NCBI RefSeq assembly: GCF_036588685.1
Contig: NC_086382.1
Coordinates: 39,060,001-39,124,000 of the forward strand
Direction of reading: 5' to 3'
DNA length: 64,000 bases
Origin: Mytilus trossulus
Lineage: Eukaryota
Part shown: in pieces, positions 25,189 to 37,600 of the stretch
Layout: every line of letters begins with the position of its first letter
Position numbering within the stretch: the first letter of the stretch is position 1
Notes under the pieces: generated by a model
Database searches by the model: none
The model's input: the letters and a program-made list of their open reading frames with translations, nothing else
Told to the model about the DNA's origin: nothing
Made by a program: the position numbers and the translations under genes

Positions 25189-26532
25189 GTATACTTGAAA
25201 TTCTTGTTTATAGAAATTAATATGGATATTTGGGTTCCAAGAATTATATAATATGAATACAACCATCCTAAAAAATTTTAAACATTACCTGATTACAAAA
25301 ATCTCATTGAAGAAATGATTTCGTTCACATTGTTATGAAAACGATTTTAATTCCACAAAAATTTACAAAAGACCAATACCACAAATTATGTTCTATAGTA
25401 GATTACTCTGTAAATACTTTTGAGTTGCAATCTGTTGAATCATAAATGAATTTAACTACATTAATCTACTAGTAATCAAAAGTATTTTTCCGTGCTTTCT
25501 TCTCATTTCGTTTGATGGCTTATATGACCTAGAAGTGGTCCTCAGCTTTAACAAATTATGTATTAATTCAGTTGAAGTCACACTAAACTCCAAAACATTT
25601 AATGAACTAAAATGAAAAACATACAAAACTCACAAAACTCACAAAGGCAAGAGGCTCCTGACTTGGGACATGCGCAAAACCGCGGCGAGGTTGAACATGT
25701 TTTGTGAATTCTATACCCTTTCCCTTTACCTCTAGCCATTTAAGAATAAGGAAACACACATCAATATACGCACAGTAAATCTCAGTTTAAAAGAAGTCTG
25801 GGTCCGATGTCAGAACAGGTAAATGTAACAAAAGAAACTAAGCAAAATGACAATGTTACATAACTCAACAAAGGACTACTAGCAGTTATTGACATGCCAG
25901 CTCCAGACATCAATTTAACTGATTGAAAGGTTATGTTTTCATCATATGAAAATCAAGTATAATCCCTTCCGTTAGGGATTTAGAACAATATACCATCATA
26001 AAATATATTATCCATTTACTTAGCATGGGTTTTCTCCTGGTCTTGTCTTTGCTTAAAATTAGTAGTAAGTTCTACGAGAAATGAAAGGACTCCGTCGATG
26101 ATCTCATCAAACATACCATGGCAAGTCCGGTCAGTTTTTTGTTCTATCTGATGAATTAAGCCCTTACTGATTTTCTATAGTTTGTTCTTATGTACTGTTG
26201 TACCACTGTCTCATGTAAGGGGTTGTCACCTTTATACATGTTTAACCCCACCATATTCCTAAATGGCCGGTCCCAAGTCAGGATCATATGATTGTTTTCC
26301 ATATTTGTTTTTTCGTTTATTGTTTTGTTTCACCATGTTAACTGAACACGTTCTATATCATATATTTCATTTGATCTGTAGTGGATACATGAAGTTAGCT
26401 CATTGTCAATCATACATGTACCACATCTCGTTATTTCTATATTATGACGTCAGTATAATTGTCTTCAATGACTGGTTTGCTACATATGTTCTCGGTTACA
26501 TGATCAAGTTGTACGATAAACTATTATTGTAG

Positions 26533-27002
26533 GTTTTGCATCAGGACAAGACTATCATCGGTCTAATTATTATGGTGGTCCAGCTAATATGCTTTGTCTT
26601 CCAAACAATCCTGAACTAAATAATAGAACAGGAACCAGTGATAGCTTCTTGTCAGGAACCGAATACGAAAATGGAAATTTTTTTGTTGATGGTGCAGCAA
26701 ATGAAGATGTCCCATGTGCACTATGCAGAAGCGTAAACAGTTCAACATCAATAATGATACCTGGCAGGCAATCATGTGACAGTGGTTGGAAATTGGAATA
26801 TCACGGTATATTGGCATCAGGTCACTACGGTCATAAACCATCATCATATATTTGCATTGATAGTCACCCAGAATTTCTACAAGCTGGACAAGATGACAAA
26901 AATGGTCATTTACTGTATGCCACTCAAACTAATTGTGGATCTTTGGCCTGTCCTCCTTATGTCAACAACAAGGCTATCAATTGTGTCGTTTGCTCTAGAT
27001 AA
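26533..27002 (+). CDS. Short-chain collagen C4-like copy B, exon 3 (Cys-rich C-terminal domain)
   Basis: Acceptor ttgtAG at 26531-26532; GFASGQDY..GGPANMLCLP..EYE..DVPCALC..IPGRQSC..YICID..CGSLACPPY..CVVCSR*. Confidence 0.9.
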
Positions 27003-27319
27003 AGCATCGAAATTCTTGATTGAATTAATCAAATTTTTTCATCTGCAATTATGACTGGAGAAATTTCCAATTCAGTTTGATACCAATTGAAATATTAAAA
27101 AATAAGTCTTCATTTCTTTTCTTAATCTACTTTTGTCAGGAATCAGAATAGAAAGACCTCCAGTAACATTGAATAACCGCAAATTCTTCACACAAAAAGA
27201 CAAATGGTTTCCCTTTTTCTCGAAAGACTTCATATTTGTAAAACTTGTGCATATTACATGTCAATTTTTCTGACTTGCATATGCTGCAAGTTAATGAAAC
27301 ATACTGTTTAATAAAAAAT

Positions 27320-27680
27320 AAAAAGGCAACAGTTGTATACCGCTTTTCAAAACTCATAAATCCATGGACAAAAACAAATCGTGGTAACAAACTAAAAACA
27401 TTAAATATAAGAGGAGAAAAACGACACAACACTAAAATGTAACACACACCGGAACGGACCAAGCATCAGACAAAATCCCACAAGAATAACGAATATAATA
27501 TCAAAACCAAATACAAGAATTTGTGATAGACAAGTACCGTGACACGTCTTATCGCAATGTAAATTTACACTCAAAAATAAAAAAAAACAAACGACTCAAC
27601 GTTAAAATGTAACACACACAGAAACGAACTATAATATAACAATAGCCATATTTCTGACTTGGTACAGGACATTTTTAAAG
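27320..27680 (-). repeat. Non-autonomous interspersed repeat sharing a segment with the PLE 3' region
   Basis: gatagacaagtaccgt.acacgtcttat.g.aatg shared with 28387-28435 and 9580-9660; terminal part shared with 10430-10610 and 37990-38150. Confidence 0.6.
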
Positions 27681-27699
27681 GCAACAAGTTAAAAATTTC

Positions 27700-27930
27700 A
27701 ATACGCCAAAAGTGCATTTTGTCCACACAAGACCTACCAGTGACGCCCAGATACAAAAGTTTGAAAGCCGAAACATGTACAAGGTTGAACAGCATCAAGG
27801 ACCAAATGATAAAAAAAAGTTGTGCCAAAAACGGCCAGGGTTTTCTGTTAGTTACCAGAACATCCCTATTATTTAGAATAATTTATACTTTTGCAAACAG
27901 TAAATTTGATAAAATGACTATACAAAAGAT
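27700..27930 (-). mobile_element. Degenerate retrozyme-family copy
   Basis: Aligns to the array unit (acgcca...gtccacacaagac..ccagtgacgc...aggaccaaa...aaacagtaaatt); core mutated. Confidence 0.55.
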
Positions 27931-28289
27931 GTTCATGATAAAACTGAAGTATTAACTAATTAATTTTGTAAAAAATGAAGAAGAAAAAATGACGTCATTT
28001 GAATTTGTAAAACAGATCATCAAAAAATGAAAAATGACGTCACACTTGAGTGAATAAGATAGTGTTAGGATTGATTTAAGATTGTATTTGAAATAAATAC
28101 TGATATTGCATTTAATAACAATGCACATTTCAATACTTATTAATACCATACTAAGGTAGCAATTAACTATATTATAAAGCTATTTCCGGTTTGTTTTGAA
28201 TCTAACTTCAAACTTAAAATATCGTACTGATTACGTTGAACAAAATCATATCTAATAAATGAAGGCGGTGATTAATTTTCTTTACCATA

Positions 28290-29272
28290 ACACATAAATA
28301 TAATAAAAAAGACTCAACACATTTGACAAAATCCGATGTGAATTACAAATATAACATTAAACATTTAAACTAAATACATGAATTTGGGATAGACAAGTAC
28401 CGTAACACGTCTTATAGTAATGCGAATTCACACTCAGCCAAACAGTCAAATTCGGGAATAAGTCACGTTTGGTAATTAAAAGATTAGACGACATAGTGAC
28501 AAACCACAATCTACCATGTGGTAAACATGTCCTTAGCTAGTTTTGTCAAACACATCGTATGGATCCCCCAATTCGTGATGGTGTACATAAAATTTACGGA
28601 GCAGTTACTGTGTTAGGAGCACACTCCTGTATATGAAGTCCGTATAGTGTGAACAAGCACGAAAATAGCGTATCAATTGTGATATGTAAACACCATACGA
28701 AGGGGCAGAGGGTATATTACTGCTGAGAAATGGAAAATTGATAATGTGGAAGTTGAAATCGTCCCGTTTATCATAGATTTGCGTGTGAAGTCGTCCATCT
28801 ACGTCAATATTGAGGAAAAGATCAAGGTATGTAGCAGTCCTTCTAGTATCAGTAGTACCCTTAATTTCAAGTTCACTGGGTTATATGAGATGTAAGAAGT
28901 ATTGGCTGAAATATGGGTTATTCAATGATAGAATATCATCAATATATCGGAAAGTAAAATTAAAGAATTCCGCAAGGTGCTTTTTCTTTTTGTCTTTTAG
29001 AAGGTTCTGAATGAATTCTGCTTCATACGAGTACAAAAACAAATCAGCCAGCAGGGGTGCACAAAAAGTACCCACTGGAATACCGACTGTCTGTTGAAAT
29101 ATAAATCCTCCAAACTCAACAAATATATTGTCGATCAAAAAGTCCAGCATTTTAATAATATCATCTTCAGTATATTTCTGGAAGATTCAGTGTGATTCTT
29201 CACAAAATATGAGTTATTGTAACCCAAAACAAGAAATTTGTATCTACGATTTCCATTTTTATAGAATAAGCT
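28290..29272 (-). mobile_element. Penelope-like retroelement, 5'-truncated and frameshifted RT
   Basis: FQQTVGIPVGT.CAPLLADLFLY, FRYIDD, YLDL, IYDKRDDFNF, NFPFLSSNIP..PSYGVYISQLIRY; frameshifts near 29180 and 28885. Confidence 0.8.
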
Positions 29273-30840
29273 CAGATAGTTTATCCTCATGAGTATAATA
29301 GCATCCTGTACGACCTCCAACATGCATGTCTTCAGTCGCTCTTCGATTGTCACATACAACACCATTTATTCTTGTAGCATAATGCCAATAAGATAGATAC
29401 CAAGCATCTTTTTGATATTATCCAGTTATAGGTAATTAGAAGAATCAAAAACAATACAAGATGATTTCTAAATAAACCTTTAGAACAACTTCAAACTGAT
29501 ATAAAATGATATTTAATAATACTAGTCAACAACTAAAATACGATACAAGGTAATGTATTTTCCATATGTAATGCAATTTGGATACACTGTTCCAAAGTAA
29601 ATAATTGCCTAATTAGTCTTATATTTACAGATTATCAAAATCCTTGATAAAAGGCAAATACTGGATTTTTTTTTGATTTTTTAAATCATATGCATTTGCT
29701 TTAAAAAAAATGTGTTTAATTGGATAATCTAACAGGTTTTTAATGAACAATAAAAATATAAAAAGAATGGCCAATTCATCAACTTGGGAGTTTGAACCTT
29801 AGTTTCCCTATATTTTCTTAATTCGTCATGACTTAATTTTAGATATATATTTTTAAAATCAAGTCAGTACCAAAGCACTCACTAATGTACTAATGATTTC
29901 CATAGAAATTTAAAATCATCCAGCAAATAAATCGACCAAGTGGTATGGAAAAAAAATAACACTTTATTAATTACGTCTGGATTGACTTTCATCAGGAAAG
30001 CTTACATTGTGAAGCCATAAATGTTATAAAACCATGAAAATGTTAGGAACAATATACCACAGGAAGCCTTAAAAGAATAGCCATGGTTATCATAATATTA
30101 GCATTGCCGAAGGAAGATGGACAATTCACAATAGTTTATATGTATCAACAAGAATCTTAGAATATCTATCTCCCAATTGATACGATATTCCCGGGCTTGT
30201 AATTCCTATCATGATTTCCTTGAAACATGTTTCCTATTAAGGTCCCATGTAAAGGTAATTTTATTCCATATAGTAATACAATTGCCTATTTTATTGTTTG
30301 CATAAAATCATACAATAGTCCTTGAATGTAAATATTTCAAATACAACAAGTTGGATATTTTACAGATCACGCGATTACGCATTGAAAATGTCTTTTTTCA
30401 CACTAGTAAACAAGAATGACACCGTAGTATACTATGTTACAACACTTTCTGATAATCATCAAGGCGATTGAAAACCATATTTGAGGATTGAAACAAAACA
30501 CTTCCGCAATCTGATATATATATTATTCTATTTCAATACACAATTTGTTTTATAGCCAACATTCTTGATTTGGTTGGAAGCATGTCTTTTGTGTTATATT
30601 GAAAAATAAATACGAAAAAGTCAATAGCTTAAACTGACAAACACCAATCAAAACACATATAACTTTTGATTTCCTTAGTTGATCAAGTAAATGTAACGAT
30701 AACTCTTGAGGTTTGTATTTAACTACATGTCCGAAACAACGTAGAGATTAGCCAAATTACTTATGTGCACCCTCTTCCAAAAACATTGTAAAGCGGAAAG
30801 AAAGGATTCAGAACTAATATAAATTTACCAGCTTACAGCA

Positions 30841-32040
30841 ATGTACAAAATCAAAAGGACAAACGAATACTCAACATATACGGTAGATTCTGATACTAGT
30901 AGTGATGATGATTACATTGAAGATGAACAAAGCTTGAAAAGCTATCCTCAACCAAGACGCGCAATGTCGGTAGTGACAACTAGGTCAGCTCCTCAACAGC
31001 GTCATAACAGAATTATTAAAAGGTATGTTGCTCCTCGAAAGAAAGAACCAGCAGGAGACCGCATTATGTATCCATCAAATCGATGCGTCAGAAGTCTTAA
31101 TTTGAAAACGGAAAATGAAGCTGTTCTTTCCTCTGTTTATTTCAGAAATAACGAACACAGTAAAGTCAAGGTTATTCGATCAGAACCTATAAATAAACGG
31201 ATTAATGCAGCATGTTATTCGTCTCGAAAAAAGAAACCCGAAAAACTTACATATTTGTCACCGCCATTGCGATGTATTGCCAGGGTAAATTCGGGAAGTA
31301 AAAGTGTAACTGGATCTTCAACTGCTTACAGTGACAGCACTCATACCAAAGTGAGAACCAAACGGTGTGAAAGAGGTATTTATAGTTTTTCAAATGTATC
31401 GCAAAGACCCATCGTACCTTATAACATGATTGGACAATCGGCTGACAGCTTCGCAAAACGGATGAGGGTGAGTGAAGTTGTATCATCTTTAAAAGACCAA
31501 ACGGTTGCCAAGGTGGTCGGTAGACGCGATCATATTCTTCAAGATAAGATAGAATGCGTTTCTCGGAAGCATGTTTCTGGCTGTAAAAAACAGGGAAGCG
31601 ATTTAAACCATCAAACTCAAGAGGTAATCAAGAACAATTCTGGTGTAAATTTTATCCGACCCTATAGTGAACTTTATGAACTAAATGATCAAGTTGAGAA
31701 CGAAGGTGATTCAGCCGAAAAACCGAAATCTTTGAACAGAATAAATCAGAAAAAGTCTTTCGAAAATTACTCGTTTTCAAGTTCGAGTGAGAGTTCCAAA
31801 TCAATTAAAAATGATGGAAATACGACAGACAGCTCTTCAAATCTACATAGCGTTTTGTATAAAACCACGTCTACGAGGTCAAATCAGACCAAATGTCTTC
31901 ACGTGGACTACTCGAAAGTGTTAAAATCCAGGGAGAAAAAAGAAGAAGGACCTGATAACATTGAAGTTAAGATATATTACGATGATGATTTTGAATCTAT
32001 ATATCCTAAGCTACGTAAAACAAAGTCCAAAGTTAGTTGA
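30841..32040 (+). CDS. Ser/Arg/Lys-rich low-complexity protein, family S copy 1 (truncated before the half-GAR exon)
   Basis: 399-aa ORF; shares RIMYPS, F.RPY.E, S.QT.C..VDYSK and PDNI.VKIYYD with 50071; homology continues out of frame to ~32128 and the donor is lost. Confidence 0.7.
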   Translation: MYKIKRTNEYSTYTVDSDTSSDDDYIEDEQSLKSYPQPRRAMSVVTTRSAPQQRHNRIIKRYVAPRKKEPAGDRIMYPSNRCVRSLNLKTENEAVLSSVYFRNNEHSKVKVIRSEPINKRINAACYSSRKKKPEKLTYLSPPLRCIARVNSGSKSVTGSSTAYSDSTHTKVRTKRCERGIYSFSNVSQRPIVPYNMIGQSADSFAKRMRVSEVVSSLKDQTVAKVVGRRDHILQDKIECVSRKHVSGCKKQGSDLNHQTQEVIKNNSGVNFIRPYSELYELNDQVENEGDSAEKPKSLNRINQKKSFENYSFSSSSESSKSIKNDGNTTDSSSNLHSVLYKTTSTRSNQTKCLHVDYSKVLKSREKKEEGPDNIEVKIYYDDDFESIYPKLRKTKSKVS

Positions 32041-32249
32041 TGATAGAGATTCCATACAACCCACAGTAATACAAGAACTGAAACATTTGACTTATTTGAT
32101 CGTCATATTGTACCACAACTAAAGTTAAGTAGTCAAAAAAGATGTGATACACATCCCAATGTTGTAAATTAAAATACAAAACTTTTACTATGTTTGGATT
32201 GACTTCTATATAAGTACCATCATTATCCCTTAGCTTCACGTTTGATTTT

Positions 32250-32345
32250 AAACTACTTTGATCTTAGCGTCACTGATGGGTCTTATGTAGACGAAACGGG
32301 CGTTTGGGTTTTTTTAATTATTAAGTTATAATATTGGTACATTTG
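32250..32345 (+). mobile_element. Degenerate retrozyme fragment
   Basis: gcgtca CTGATGG gtcttatgtagac GAAA cgggcgtt; core and cleavage site mutated. Confidence 0.6.
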
Positions 32346-33949
32346 ATAACTATTTGATATATTAACGATGCATAGTTAAATCTTTGTATGTTGCTTTTAA
32401 TCTATAATTTAACCATGATAATCGGTGGAGCACTTCACCTAACAATGACAGATGACAGTTTTCTGTCTGGGACCTTTAAATTTAAATGCAGTAAAAGTTT
32501 AGATGCCCCAGAAATAGAACACATATCAGAGCTTACATGTCATGGCATGGTTTAATAATGTTATGCTATGGAACAGAGAGTTTATAACGAAAGTTTAAAT
32601 GTTTAACGAAGGCTTTGATAATTTGGTTGATCACCGACATGAAATGTGTGTGTCAGAAATGACAACGTTCAGGTATATATTCAAATTGTTGTACCGGTAG
32701 TGACAAAATAATCCGTTTTTTCTCGACTCTGGTCATCTTTAAATGTAACCTATTACTTTCATTGTAGTTGCATGAGCACCATCGTTTGATCACAGTCTGC
32801 CTACAAGTCCGGGGCTCATGAGTTCAATTATTGTTTTTTATGGGTTTTGTGTTCCTCAGTCTAAAGTTTAACTGTGTAGTGTACAGTACTTTAGTATGCC
32901 AATCATTTTGTTTTTTGCAATTTTATGGTTATTTTTTGTACCCTTGTTGTATACTCTCGACTTTTCTGAATGTTTTTATGTTATCAATTTCCTAGTATCT
33001 TGGTTTGTGTGTTTCTGCTTGAGTAAGAATGTTACACAATGTGGAGTTCTGTACCACTAATAATTACATCATATGGATTATGTCTGTTTGTTTTGCTTAC
33101 ACATTGTTATAAATATAGTGCAAATGTCAACATTAGAAAATGTATGTACCAAGTCAGGAATATAACAGTTGGTAACCATTCGTTTGATATTTACAATCTG
33201 ATAGGGACTTTCCAATTTGAATTCCCTCGGATTTTGGGTTGGTTGTTTATGTTACTTTTCCCATACTTCTCTTGTTCACTAACACAGCAGTTAAATAGTC
33301 TATCTAACTTGGCATGATCAGCTATCATACCATATTCAAAGTTAAAAAAAACAACCGATTACCAGTTTTCAGTTCACATTATTATACACGTATATCTATA
33401 ATGTGAATACAAATACGGAGCTGTGGTAAGACTGCTAATCAGACAAATATATACTAGAAACTGAGCGACGTCGTTATAAGAAATATTTTGTCATCGTACG
33501 GCCACCAACGTCCAATAAGCAAAACAGTATAGTTAGCTATACCCTTTACAATATATTTGAAGGAGTACCAAAAATTTAAAGAAAGTTATGGTCACCCTTA
33601 TTTACGACTTTGATACACAATCCAAATTGAAAAAGCCAAAAAAAAAAAAATCTATGAATTGACTCTGTCTCCGGAAATAACTTTTGCGACTTTCTGTATA
33701 GTAGAAAGAAGAAAAAACTGGTCACAAATCTTAATTTTTTTTTCAAAAGAAATATTCTTTTTGAAATCTTCACTTTGGCAAAAATCTACATGTGTGTTCA
33801 ATATTACAATTTTGAAATTAGGGATAAGCCTTAAGGCTGAGTTGCATTATCAATTTATTTCCAGTAACTTAATTACACATAACATTAACCGTTGCAGATA
33901 TGTAGCAAGGAAAATAATCAAAATATTTAGTTTTAAAATTCTAAATACA

Positions 33950-34135
33950 CTGATCATAGATACCAGGATTAAACTTTGTATTTACGCCAGACTCGCATTC
34001 CGTCTACAATAGACTCGTCAGTGACGCTCGAATCCAAAAAAGTTGAAATGACCGAAAAAAGTACGAAGTTGAAGAGCATTAAGGACCAAAAATCCTAAAA
34101 GTTTTTCCAAATACAGCTAAGGTAATCTATTCCTG
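33950..34135 (-). mobile_element. Retrozyme-family partial copy with a mutated hammerhead
   Basis: Minus strand gcgtca CTGACGA gtctattgtagac GGAA tgcgaGTC tggcgt; flanks match the array unit. Confidence 0.75.
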
Positions 34136-34275
34136 TTCAAATAGTCAGCTGTCAATATTTCACGATTGCTTTTCTTTGCATTTTACTTATCTCATGCTCT
34201 GAATATAACTGGTTCAGTCGGGAAACTAGAGAATACATATCTTATCAGTATTTTTCAAATCGTTCATTCTTAATC

Positions 34276-36588
34276 ATGAACATATTATGTAGTATAGTGC
34301 TGGCATTACACATCATTCACTTTTACGTTGTTCATGCAAACAACGTATCTAGTTTAGAAAAAAAGACTTTTATTAAATGACCCTGATGTTACGGCTTCGA
34401 GGCTTTCAAATGTTGAGACATCATTGCAAGATATGATTGGACTAACACAACAGCTGCAGAAACAAAATTAAAACATGCAGACAACCATAGCACACCTTGA
34501 GGCAACCGTGGTGAAGGAGACATCTAAACGTGTGGATTTACAGAAGAACCTGTCTCAACTACAAACCAGACTTGATCAGAAGACAGGTAAAGTTTCTCAA
34601 TTATTGTTGCAAGGTAGGTAACTGCATCCATCCGTATTTTATTTGTAAGTTGTTCTTGGTTTTTTTAGCTGAATTTCAAAACGTTTGGATACATTTGTTA
34701 GATTGGTTGTAAACTTTATAAAGATAAACTGATCTTTGGTCGGGGTGTTGGCTCTTTGATACATTCCCCACGTTCATTCTCAATTCCATTAAAATCAATC
34801 TGGATTAAAGTAATAAAATACTGTTTTAGCACAAAAGACAAAGGGTTGACCAATAAACCAATTCCTGACAATCCAGTTTAGAAGTAATTTTCGTAAGACG
34901 AAGCTGTAACCCGTCCAATGACACTTTCTTCAGACGTTGACAAAAAGTCCTTGATTCTTAGAATAAACAAAATTCTTACACGTTGTAGATAAAACAAATT
35001 GTTTCACCAATAACACATTATACTCTTAAACATATTTTTGTTTATTAAATCTTGTTTCCCATTCGTCCAGCTACACAATTAAGTTGATATGGTCAATGTT
35101 TGATTTTGTTTTATGGATTTCCCTTTATGAACTTGCCTTGGAGTAATTCTCTTTTTTTTTGTAACTATCAAACATATTTTCCTTAAAATAACGTATTCTT
35201 TTGAGAATTTAATTAAATGCCTAAGATTTCATAATCATATCACAAACACCAACAGATAGCTTTGAGGATAACATAAAATTTCGGACTAAAACGATAAATA
35301 AATGGACAACGAGCCTCTGAAGTATTGGGTACATGATATGTTTCGGAGGAAATCGAAAAGACATTTTGTTTCAAATGTTTCAATTCGACTTTGTATTTAA
35401 TCAGCTGAAACAAAAGTAACTGGTATGAAAACTAAATATCTTTAATTCTTAATTACATGATAAGTGTTTCAATTGGATGACCCTGTCCTGTATCTTGTAC
35501 ACTTTTGATCTATTTTTTTCTTTTGTGATTATATCAATAACAGATCCAGGATCGACGTATGTTCGTTGGGGACGTAAACAATGTGCTGGAGTACACACAG
35601 ACTTAGTTTACACAGGTATTGTATAATGTATAACGATTTGACCAAAGGATGTGTCCTTACTTTCATTCTGCTTCCATTGACGTACAGTGTAACGCTGTTA
35701 GGAAAATGATCTTACAGTTATTTATAAACAGATATAGAATGTATTGTATAAAGGTTCATGAGACGGCATTTTAACAACACAATGAAAAATGATCGTAGAT
35801 GGGTTTTGTGACATGTGATACTACTGTATTGCTTTTATATATTAAATGACGCGTTTGATATGAATATAATACGAACCGCTTTCTGCTTTCTGTAATAAGA
35901 ACGTTCAAATTTATAAACTTTTTAACAAAAAAAATAGTTGTAAATACATATATCAGTGCAGCATACATGCATTTAACTTATAAGATTTAAATACGATACG
36001 GTTGAAACAGACTAGACAGTCGAACATCTAAAATCAAATTTATCTTATATTAAGACTTTTTTACTATTACAAAATTCACGATGAAGATGTGTGATATATT
36101 TGAATCGTAATTTTAGGTTTTACAGCTGGCCAGGAACACTTCAAAGCTTCAAAATATTACGGAGGTCCTACTAATATATTGTGTCTTCCAAATAATCCTG
36201 AACTAAGCAACAGAACAGCTCCTGGGGTAGTGTTCTGGCGGGATCAGAGTATGAAGATGGAAACTTTTTTATTAAGGGTGCTCAGGATGAAGATGTTCCA
36301 TGTGCTCTGTGCAGAAGCAGAAACACTTCATCCTCTGTGATGATTCCTGGTAGGAGAACCTGTTATGATGGATGGCAAATGGAATACCGTGGAATTTTAG
36401 CATCGGGAAACTTCCTCCATAGACCTTCATCATATATATGCATCGATAGTCTGCCAGAATTTATACAAGGCGGACAAGATAATAAAAATGGCTTTGTTCT
36501 TTATGCAACAGCGACTAAATGTGGATCATTGGCATGTCCGCCATATGGCGACAACTTAGCAGTTAACTGTGTTGTTTGCTCGAAATAA
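34276..36588 (+). pseudogene. Short-chain collagen C4-like copy C (exons 34276-34613, 35544-35615, 36117-36588)
   Basis: +1 A in the A7 run (~34358-34364), TAA at 34469-34471, and a 1-nt deletion near 36227; otherwise collinear with copy B, including STYVRWGRKQC and CPPY..CVVCSK. Confidence 0.85.
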
Positions 36589-37258
36589 AAATGATAACTA
36601 GTCTTGTCTCCATTCTGTTCAAACCAAATACATTAAAAAATGAAATATTAGTATACTGAAGACCACAAAAATCAACGTGCATTAAAACAACGCTAGAATC
36701 TTTTTGTTCAACTGGATTTAATACAAACATTTGAGAGGCAGAATATTGATAGTGAGGCTTTGTTAGCGAGTTTAAATTAGCTTAAGACCTCAGGGAACAA
36801 TTTAAATGTCTAATACGTATATCACGTATATAGATTAAATATTTGTCGTACATGACAAATGTGGTGCCAAGGACGTTAAAAACTACCGAAACTAACACTT
36901 CCCAACTGGCTTCGAAAACATGTTGTATTTACTACACATACTTTCAAAAAGTATACGATTTGAGCTTTTAAATGATCTATTATAATGCCACGAGGTATGT
37001 ACGATACAAAAAAAACTTGTTTTGCTCAGCCATCTTATAGATAGATATTCAATAGCTCTTAATCAAACCTTAAAAATTGCTGAAGAAAATATTCCAACTT
37101 TACCGCTGAGAACTATTGTTTCAATAGTCCCTTTTAAATCTTCACCCTATAAGGACATCTTAATAAGAAGCATAAGCCACATCATATCGTATAAGTTGAT
37201 GAAATATGCTCCATATGAACGAGGATACAACATATACACAATGTGCGTATTGTTATGC

Positions 37259-37600
37259 AGTTACTTTTCTACATTGGTTAGAGGTATAGGGGAAGGGTTG
37301 AGATCTCACAAAAATGTTTAACCCCGCCGAATTTTTGCGCCTGTCCCAAGTCAGGAGCCTCTGGCCTTTGTTAGTCTTGTATTATTTTAATTCTAGTTTC
37401 TTGTATACAATTTGGAAATTAGTATGGCGTTCATTATCACTGAACTAGTATATATTTGTTTAGGGGCCAGCTGAAGGACGCCTCCGGTTGCGGGAATTTC
37501 TCGCTAAATTCAAGACCTGTTGGTTACCTTCTGCTGTTTTTTTTTTATTTGGTCGGGTTGTTGTCTCTTTGACACATTCCTAAATTCCATTCTCAATTTT
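37259..37600 (+). repeat. Abundant SINE-like interspersed repeat
   Basis: gcctgtcccaagtcaggagcctctggcc...ggtcgggttgttgtctctttgacacattc...ctcaatttt; copies at 13515-13587, 17930-18066, 25570-25990 (-), 34737-34790 and 57965-58266. Confidence 0.75.

Noticed and set aside
29975-30000. Minus-strand CTGATGA motif
   Set aside because: No GAAA or stems; at most a decayed retrozyme remnant.
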